Shown: piece by piece, positions 57,784 through 64,000 of the stretch | Layout of the letters: each line of letters starts with the position of its first letter | Numbering within the stretch: position 1 is the first letter of the stretch | Origin: Thermoanaerobaculia bacterium | GTDB lineage: Bacteria > Acidobacteriota > Thermoanaerobaculia > UBA5066 | Direction of reading: 5' to 3' | Assembly: GCA_963719225.1 (NCBI GenBank) | Contig: CAVRAY010000001.1 | Span: forward strand, 960,001-1,024,000 | Length of the DNA: 64,000 nucleotides | Program-made: the position numbers and the translations under genes | The notes under the pieces: model-generated | The model's input: only the letters and a program-made list of their open reading frames with translations | Database searches by the model: none | What the model was told of the DNA's origin: nothing

Positions 57784-60700
57784 ATGCGGTCGGGCAGGAG
57801 GTTTCTCGGAGTCGTCGCCCTCCTCGCGGCCGCACGGGCAGGTGCCGACAACCCGGCCCCGTCTCCGACCGCGGCGCCCGCGCTGCCCACGCCCCCTCCG
57901 CTCGTCGCCGTGAATCCGCCCGCACCCGCTCCGCAGGCGGCCCGCGGCCCAGAGGCATTGAGGCTTTTCGGCCGTCTCGACGACGACCGTTCGGCCGTCT
58001 ACATCGCGTCGGGGCCGCCGGACGCGCGCGTCACCGTGCGCTGCCCGGACGCGCTCAAGACTCTCGAGGTCTGGACGTACCTCGAGCACCCGACGCTCGG
58101 CAAGAACGCGCGCATCCTGTTCTTCCCCGAATACCCGACGGGCTCATATCGCTACTGGACCGTCCTGGAAGGCGAGCCCGTTCTCCTCGCGGCGTCCGCG
58201 AAGGGCAACCTCGCCGCGCTCGAGGCCGACAAATCCGCCTGTGCCGACGCGGCCCTCGTCGTCTCGACGGTCAAGGACATCTCGCGTCGGCAGGGGGACA
58301 ACAACGGCGGCCTCGCCGAGCGCGGAGCCCTCGCGGTGGCGCACCTCCTCCCCCCGGGCAGCGCGAAGCCGGAGGCGCCGGCTCCACAGCTCGTCTCGAA
58401 CAAGCCGCTCACGGGGAAAGAGCGCAAGAAGCTCACGCACGACCTGCCGGAAAAATACCGCCAGTTTCTCGAGGACGTCGAGCCGATCATCACGGACGTC
58501 GAGCGCGACACGCTGCTCAAGCTCGGCGAGGACTATCAGCGCGAGCATTTCCTCGACGACTTCTGGAAGCGCCGCTCGCTGGCGCCGGACGGCCTCCGGA
58601 TCGCGTTCCGCGACATCTACGAGATGCGGCTCCAGCAGGCCAAGGAGAGATTCCGGAACACGAACACGGACCAGGGCCGCATCTTCCTCGTGAACGGGCC
58701 GCCGGACGGCGTCAGGAAGATCGATTGCGAGGACGTCTACTGGCCGATCCAGATCTGGTACTACGAACGGCTCGAGTCGCTGCGCCTCTCGAAGGTCATT
58801 CTCCTCTTCTACCAGCCGTTCGGGGCGGGAGACTACCGGCTCTGGACGCCGCTCGACGGCGCGCAGGCGGTCGTCGCGGGCGGCATGCCGGGCGGGCTCG
58901 GGGCCGGCGCCTCGAGACGGGTCGACTTCAATCGCTGCATCGAGTCGCGGGACGTTCAGGCCGCGCTCAGCGCGGTCGCCGCCACGTTCGGGTCGACGGG
59001 AGCCTTGAAGCTCTCCTACGACATCCGCCAGGGCCCGAAGCCCGACGTCGAGGGGGCGGACCACATCCTCCAGATGACGACGGACGTCCAGGCGGGCGCG
59101 TCCACCTTGCCGCTGCAGCGCGTCTTCCGGTTTCCCGAGGCGATTGGCAGCCGGATCCGCATGGAGCTCTCGGTTCTCCTGGAGCGCGACTCGCTCTCCA
59201 AGAAGCAGATCGGCGAGGAGACGTTCTTCGACGTCGACGTCGTGGGCGAGGTCGTACGCGACGGGCGGCTGATCGACAACTTCCGCTACCGGTTCGACTT
59301 TCCGGCCTCCACGATCAGCGGTCCGTTCGTACCCCTCATGGTGGAACGCGATCTGTATCCCGGCGAGTACCGCCTCAAGGTGAAAGTCGCCGACGCGAAC
59401 CGCAATTCGGCCGCGCTCATCAGCGAGAAGCTCCGCGTTCCCGACACGCCCGACTCCACGCTCTCGCCGGAGGAGAAGAGCGCGCGCGAGGCCGCGAAGA
59501 AGGCCGTCTCGGAGCTCGTCGAGAACGCCGGCCCGAAAGGCTCGCTCTCGCTCATCCCGATCGCGCGCGAGATCGCGACGGGCCTCATCCGCTTCGAGAC
59601 GCGCGCCTCCTCGAACGACATTTCGTTCACCGAGTTCTACCTGAACAACACGCGGGTCGTGACCAAGAGGAGGCCTCCGTTTTCGGCGGACCTCGACCTC
59701 GGCGACCTTCCGCGCAAGCACGTCGTCAAGGTGATCGGGTACGCGAAGGACGGAAAGCCCATCGCCCAGGACGAGGTCATCCTCAACGAGGGCCGCGAGG
59801 CCTTCCGCCTGCGAATCACGAATCCCGCGAAGGGCGCGAAGCTCGAGGGGCCGACGCGCGTCGTCGCCGACATCGCCGTGCCCGAGACGAAGCGGCTCAT
59901 GCAGGTCGAGTTCTACGTGAACGACAAGCGGTCCGCGGTCCTGTATCAGGAGCCGTTCCAGCAGCTCGTGGACGTTCCGAAGAGCAAGGACCTCGGCTTC
60001 CTGCGGGTCGTCGCGACGCTCGACGACGGATCCTCGACCGAGGACGTCCGCTACTACAACGCGCCGAAGTACCTCTCCGAAGAGAACGTCAAGGCCATCG
60101 AGCTCTATACGAGCGTGTTCAGCAAGGGACGGCCCGTGACCGGGCTGACGAAGGAGAACTTCGCCGTTCTGGAGGACACCGTGCCGCAGACGGTGGACGC
60201 CTTCGAGGTCGTCACGAACCTCCCGCTCTCGCTCGGGATCGGCGTCGACACCTCGGGCTCGATGGAGGAGTCCATCGTCGAAGCTCAGAAGGCCGCCGTC
60301 GAGTTCCTGAAAGACGTCATGACGAAGCGGGACCGATCGTTCCTCGTCACCTTCGACAACGAGCCCCAGCTCGTCTCCCGCTTCACGACGGACCGCGACC
60401 GTCTCGCCCAGGCGCTCGCGGGGCTGCGCGCACAGGGCTCGACCGCTCTCTGGGACGCGCTCGTGTACGGGCTGTACCAGTACCAGGGCACCCGCGGCCG
60501 GAAGGCCTACGTCATCCTGACGGACGGCGAGGACCGCAGCTCGCACTTCACGTTCGACGCCGCGCTCGACTATGCGAAGAAGACCGGCGTCGCCGTGTAT
60601 TTCATCGGCCTGAAGATCGGGGCGACGCAGATCGACGTGAAGCACAAGCTGAGCCGCATCGCGAAGGAGACGGGGGGCACCGTCTATTACGTCGACTCCG

Positions 60701-60870
60701 CGCGAAATCTCGCGAAGATCTACGCGGAGATCAACGAGGAGCTGCGCAGCCAGTACCTCCTCTCGTACGTGCCGCAGAACAAGTCGTTGTCGAACCAGTG
60801 GCGGAAGATCGAGGTGAAGATGACGCCCTCGAACCTGACCGCCCGGACGATCAGCGGGTATTACCCCTAG
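57784..60870 (+). CDS. Exported GWxTD-domain plus Ig-like plus VWA protein
   Basis: Signal peptide; PIITDVER...FWKRR...TDQGRIFLVNGPPD; C-terminal VWA with DTSGS MIDAS, TALWDA, LTDGED. Confidence 0.82.
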   Translation: MRSGRRFLGVVALLAAARAGADNPAPSPTAAPALPTPPPLVAVNPPAPAPQAARGPEALRLFGRLDDDRSAVYIASGPPDARVTVRCPDALKTLEVWTYLEHPTLGKNARILFFPEYPTGSYRYWTVLEGEPVLLAASAKGNLAALEADKSACADAALVVSTVKDISRRQGDNNGGLAERGALAVAHLLPPGSAKPEAPAPQLVSNKPLTGKERKKLTHDLPEKYRQFLEDVEPIITDVERDTLLKLGEDYQREHFLDDFWKRRSLAPDGLRIAFRDIYEMRLQQAKERFRNTNTDQGRIFLVNGPPDGVRKIDCEDVYWPIQIWYYERLESLRLSKVILLFYQPFGAGDYRLWTPLDGAQAVVAGGMPGGLGAGASRRVDFNRCIESRDVQAALSAVAATFGSTGALKLSYDIRQGPKPDVEGADHILQMTTDVQAGASTLPLQRVFRFPEAIGSRIRMELSVLLERDSLSKKQIGEETFFDVDVVGEVVRDGRLIDNFRYRFDFPASTISGPFVPLMVERDLYPGEYRLKVKVADANRNSAALISEKLRVPDTPDSTLSPEEKSAREAAKKAVSELVENAGPKGSLSLIPIAREIATGLIRFETRASSNDISFTEFYLNNTRVVTKRRPPFSADLDLGDLPRKHVVKVIGYAKDGKPIAQDEVILNEGREAFRLRITNPAKGAKLEGPTRVVADIAVPETKRLMQVEFYVNDKRSAVLYQEPFQQLVDVPKSKDLGFLRVVATLDDGSSTEDVRYYNAPKYLSEENVKAIELYTSVFSKGRPVTGLTKENFAVLEDTVPQTVDAFEVVTNLPLSLGIGVDTSGSMEESIVEAQKAAVEFLKDVMTKRDRSFLVTFDNEPQLVSRFTTDRDRLAQALAGLRAQGSTALWDALVYGLYQYQGTRGRKAYVILTDGEDRSSHFTFDAALDYAKKTGVAVYFIGLKIGATQIDVKHKLSRIAKETGGTVYYVDSARNLAKIYAEINEELRSQYLLSYVPQNKSLSNQWRKIEVKMTPSNLTARTISGYYP

Positions 60871-60873
60871 CCC

Positions 60874-60894
60874 GGAAACCCATACCGGGTTTCC
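60874..60894 (+). terminator. Short hairpin after the VWA gene (possible terminator)
   Basis: GGAAACCC-ATACC-GGGTTTCC perfect 8-bp stem; no clear U-tract. Confidence 0.35.
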
Positions 60895-60917
60895 CTCACC
60901 CTTCCGGCCTCAGTTGC

Positions 60918-60955
60918 TTGACCGGCTCGGTAGGAATTCATACCATGACGGTATG
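60918..60955 (+). promoter_or_regulatory. Promoter TTGACC-N17-TACCAT with operator palindrome CATACC-N5-GGTATG covering the start codon
   Basis: -35 at 60918-60923, -10 at 60941-60946, ATG 60953. Confidence 0.7.
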
Positions 60956-61213
60956 AAAAGCATCGTGTCCGAAAAAGGTCAGGTCACGATTCCCAAGGCG
61001 CTCCGCGACAAGCTGGGGCTGCGCGCGGGTCAAGTCTTGGAGTTCGAGGCGCGGGGAGGCGCGCTCGTCGGGCGGAAGCGCAAGGGGCCGGGGCGGGCCG
61101 TCGACCGGCTTTTCGGGATCCTCCCGCGCATCGACGTCGACGAGGAGATCGAGCGGTTCCGGGGGAAGGCCTGGAATCCGAGGGAGGACGGGCCCCGTGC
61201 GGACCGCCGTTGA
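60953..61213 (+). CDS. AbrB/MazE/SpoVT family antitoxin
   Basis: VSEKGQVTIPKALRDKLGL. Confidence 0.9.
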   Translation: MKSIVSEKGQVTIPKALRDKLGLRAGQVLEFEARGGALVGRKRKGPGRAVDRLFGILPRIDVDEEIERFRGKAWNPREDGPRADRR

Positions 61214-61604
61214 CTCCAGCGTCCTCCTCGACCTCTTCACGGCGAACCCCGTATTCGGGGCTCGTTCGCAGGAGGCTCTCGACCGCGCGTCCGGCGAAGG
61301 CGCGCTCCTGGCCTGCGAAGTCGTCTGGGCGGAAGTTCGGGCCTTCTTCCCGAGCGCGAGCCTTTTCGAGGGATCCATGACCGATCTCGGTCTCGAGTTC
61401 GACGCAAGCGACCGTGAGTGCGCTGTTCGTGCCGGTGCCGCCTGGAGACGGTATCGGTCGGAAGGGGGGAGACGTGCGGCGCTCGTTCCGGATTTCCTCG
61501 TCGGCGCTCACGCGGCGACGCGCGCGGATCGCCTCCTGACGAGGGACCGCGGGTTCGCGCGACGCTACTTTCGGGGTCTTCGCATCATCGACCCGTCCTC
61601 ATGA
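61197..61604 (+). CDS. vapC: VapC family PIN-domain toxin
   Basis: AVDSSVLLD, WAE, PDFLVGAHA, LLTRDRG. Confidence 0.9.
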   Translation: MRTAVDSSVLLDLFTANPVFGARSQEALDRASGEGALLACEVVWAEVRAFFPSASLFEGSMTDLGLEFDASDRECAVRAGAAWRRYRSEGGRRAALVPDFLVGAHAATRADRLLTRDRGFARRYFRGLRIIDPSS

Positions 61605-62188
61605 GCAACCTTCCTCCGATCGTTCTGGCATCGGGCTCTCCTCGTCGAAAAGAAATCCTCTCCTCTCTCGGGCTGACCTTCGAAACCCGTGCGACGGACG
61701 TGGACGAGACGCTCCTGAAGGGCGAAAGCGCTTTCGACGCGGCCGAGCGGCTTGCGCGCGCGAAGGCGTCCGCGGCGGCCGCCCGGGCGCCCGAGGCTCT
61801 CGTCATCGCCGCCGACACGCTCGTCGTCCTCGAGGGCGAAGCGCTCGGAAAGCCGAAGGACCGCGGCGAGGTCCGCCGGATGCTCGCCGCGCTTTCGGGG
61901 CGTCCGCATCACGTCGTGACGGGGGTCGCCTGCGCGAAGGAAGGCCGGGTCGTCTCGGGACGCGAGACGACGCGCGTCCTCTTCGCGCCGATGAGCTCCG
62001 CCGAGATCGAGGAATATGCCGCGACGGGGGAGCCCGACGACAAGGCAGGCGCCTACGCATTGCAGGGAATCGGGGGTCTTTTCGTGGAAGCCGTGGAGGG
62101 GAGTCCCTCGAACGTCGTGGGTCTTCCGGTCCGGCTCCTCTACCGGCTCGCCCGGGAGCTGGGCGTCGATCTCGCGCTCAGACCCTGA
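61601..62188 (+). CDS. maf: Maf-like nucleoside triphosphate pyrophosphatase
   Basis: LASGSPRR, DE, KA, ADT.V, LGKP, DKAGAY..QG, NVVGLP. Confidence 0.93.
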   Translation: MSNLPPIVLASGSPRRKEILSSLGLTFETRATDVDETLLKGESAFDAAERLARAKASAAAARAPEALVIAADTLVVLEGEALGKPKDRGEVRRMLAALSGRPHHVVTGVACAKEGRVVSGRETTRVLFAPMSSAEIEEYAATGEPDDKAGAYALQGIGGLFVEAVEGSPSNVVGLPVRLLYRLARELGVDLALRP

Positions 62189-62672
62189 TCGCCGAAAACT
62201 CGCCGGACGTGTCCCGCGCGGCGGCACGGGCGATCTGGAGGACGCCCGCGAAGACGAGGTCTCCGGTCAGGGTTGCGGCTCCGGCCCGCACCTTGATCGG
62301 CCGGGGCGACGGGCCTTTCCCCTCCCGCCACGGCCTGAACGTCTCGCCGAGCCGCGCCACTTTCAGCTTGCACGCCTCGAGGTCGGCCTCGACGAGGAGC
62401 GCGAGGAACTCGTCGTCTTCCCAGCGGAACAGAAAATCCGTCAGGCGCAGGTTCGCGAGGAGCGTGTTCGCGATCGTGCGCACGACGCCGTCGACGGTCG
62501 CCGGCTGTTCGGCGTGCACGAACGCGTCCCAGTTCGACAGCACGACCGACATGACGGACAGAACGACGCCGTGGCGCCGCGCCCGTTCCAGCTCGCGTTC
62601 GATGATCTCGTCGAAGAAGGCTCGGCTGTAAGCTCCCGAGTGCGGGTCTCGAATGAGCAGCGCGGCACCCAT
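62178..62672 (-). CDS. Stand-alone degenerate GGDEF domain protein
   Basis: DPHSGAYSR, ELERARR, RLTD...RWEDDEF. Confidence 0.75.
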   Translation of the reverse strand: MGAALLIRDPHSGAYSRAFFDEIIERELERARRHGVVLSVMSVVLSNWDAFVHAEQPATVDGVVRTIANTLLANLRLTDFLFRWEDDEFLALLVEADLEACKLKVARLGETFRPWREGKGPSPRPIKVRAGAATLTGDLVFAGVLQIARAAARDTSGEFSAIRV

Positions 62673-62693
62673 GGGGGAATCCTACCCCGACGA

Positions 62694-62796
62694 AGAGAAG
62701 ATTTTCTTAGAAGGGTCATAGAGGCCGGGACACCCCCTAACGCTCCGGCGAATCGCAGCGGCGAATTGCCCACGCACCCTTCTAAGAATCTTCTCT
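62694..62796. repeat. Intergenic inverted repeat pair of the CCTTCTAAGAAATC family
   Basis: AGAGAAGATTTTCTTAGAAGGGT (62694-62716) and ACCCTTCTAAGAATCTTCTCT (62776-62796), identical apart from a 2-nt indel. Confidence 0.75.
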
Positions 62797-62816
62797 CTGG
62801 CGTAGTCTGACATCCG

Positions 62817-64000
62817 ATGGAGTCGCCCGAGAGGTCCAAGCCGCTGCCCCTGGCCGAGTTCGTCGCGGCGGCGCGCGGCAATGTCCCGGCCGATCTCGTC
62901 CTGAAGAACGCCCGCATCGTGAACGTCCTCACGGGCGAGATCCACGACGGATCCGTCGGCGTGAAAGGCGACCGGATTCTCGGCTTCGGCCATTACCGCG
63001 CCGCCCGGAAAGGCGACGAGATCGATCTCCGGGGCGCGTACGTCGCGCCCGCGCTCTGGGACGCGCACCTCCACGTCGAGTCCACGATGACGACGCCGGC
63101 GACGTTCGCTCGTCTCGCGGCCGCGCACGGCACCGCGGCGGCGATCACCGACCCGCACGAGATCGCGAACGTGAAAGGCGTGCCGGGTATCCGGGCCTTT
63201 CTCCAGGCCGCTTCCGGCCTCCCGGTGAACGTCTTCGTCATGCTGCCGTCGTGCGTGCCCTCCACGCATCTCGAAACGGCGGGGGCGACGCTCACGGCCT
63301 CCGACCTCTCGCCGCTCTACGACCTTCCGGATGTCCTCGGGCTCGCCGAGATGATGAACGTCCCGGGCTTTCTCTTCGGAGACGCCGCCGTCACGCGCAA
63401 GGTCGAAGATGCGCGTCGCCGCGGTGTCCCGATCGACGGGCATTCGCCGCTCCTCTCCGGCCTGGATCTGAACGCCTACATCGGGGCCGGCATGCGCTCC
63501 GACCACGAATGCCTCTCGCGCGCCGAGGCGCACGAGAAGGTCCGGCGCGGCATGGACATCTGGATCCGCGAGGGAACGGCGGCGAAGAACCTCGACGATC
63601 TCCTGCCGCTCGTCACGCCCGCGAATTCCGAGCGCTTCGCCTTCGCGACGGACGATCGTCACCCGTGGGACCTCCTCACGCACGGCCACCTCGATCACCA
63701 CGTGAGGCGCGCCGTGGCGCTCGGCCTGGACCCCGTCCTCGCGATCCGCCTCGCCTCGTGGTCGTGCGCCCGCCATTACGGTTTCACCGACCGTGGCGCC
63801 GTCGCGCCCGGCTTTCGGGCCGACCTGCTGACGTTCGAGCGGCTGGAAGACTTCCGGCCCGATCTCGTCGTCCTGGGCGGGCGGCGCGTCGCGAAGGGCG
63901 GGCGTCTCCTGGAGGAGATCGCGGCCGCGCCCATGGAGGAAGGACCCTGCTTCCGCCTCGAGGGCTTCGACCGCTCCCGGCTCCGGATCGCGGCGCCCGA
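62817..64000 (+). CDS. ade: Adenine deaminase (3'-truncated by window edge)
   Basis: Translated manually (absent from the ORF track): ADLVLKNARIVNVLTGE, DAHLHVES, DPHEIANV, LPSCVP, GLAEMMN, DGH.P, DHE, REG, TDD. Confidence 0.92.
   Translation, partial: MESPERSKPLPLAEFVAAARGNVPADLVLKNARIVNVLTGEIHDGSVGVKGDRILGFGHYRAARKGDEIDLRGAYVAPALWDAHLHVESTMTTPATFARLAAAHGTAAAITDPHEIANVKGVPGIRAFLQAASGLPVNVFVMLPSCVPSTHLETAGATLTASDLSPLYDLPDVLGLAEMMNVPGFLFGDAAVTRKVEDARRRGVPIDGHSPLLSGLDLNAYIGAGMRSDHECLSRAEAHEKVRRGMDIWIREGTAAKNLDDLLPLVTPANSERFAFATDDRHPWDLLTHGHLDHHVRRAVALGLDPVLAIRLASWSCARHYGFTDRGAVAPGFRADLLTFERLEDFRPDLVVLGGRRVAKGGRLLEEIAAAPMEEGPCFRLEGFDRSRLRIAAP

Overview
High-GC (~70%) bacterial chromosomal segment. 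Gene content (GWxTD-VWA fusion, MtrCAB, 'PCRxxDTR' C-terminal domain) suggests Acidobacteriota, probably Thermoanaerobaculia; this is inference only. About 54 protein genes; no rRNA, tRNA, CRISPR or IS element was recognised. The left half holds a complete divergent heme-biosynthesis cluster (hemE-hemN-hemH-hemY / ccsA-like-hemA-hemC-hemD-hemB-hemL). About 3 kb downstream is a six-gene extracellular-electron-transfer operon: MtrC, MtrA, MtrB, a split CbcL-like pair and an ImcH-like protein, about 37 c-heme sites in total. A DHOD-like flavoprotein, a TA pair and a Cys-bearing PAS-LuxR regulator follow. The main hidden signals are three. (1) A 7-2-7 motif (TGATGCA-N2-TGCATCA) sits at nearly identical distance (39-40 nt) upstream of the putative -10 box of hemN, the ccsA-hemA operon, mtrC, the DHOD-like gene and lysC, suggesting an unreported heme/EET regulon, possibly run by the adjacent PAS-LuxR protein. 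(2) A dispersed AT-rich motif, CCTTCTAAGAAATC plus a polypyrimidine tract, occurs as an intergenic inverted pair and in frame inside hemY, hemC, hemD and comEA. (3) Leaderless-type promoters are pervasive. The right half is housekeeping and accessory: aroC, carB, lysC-thrB-thrC, GT-C/O-antigen-ligase-like genes, further AbrB-PIN TA pairs (three in the window), an orphan GHKL ATPase, GWxTD-VWA, maf and ade.
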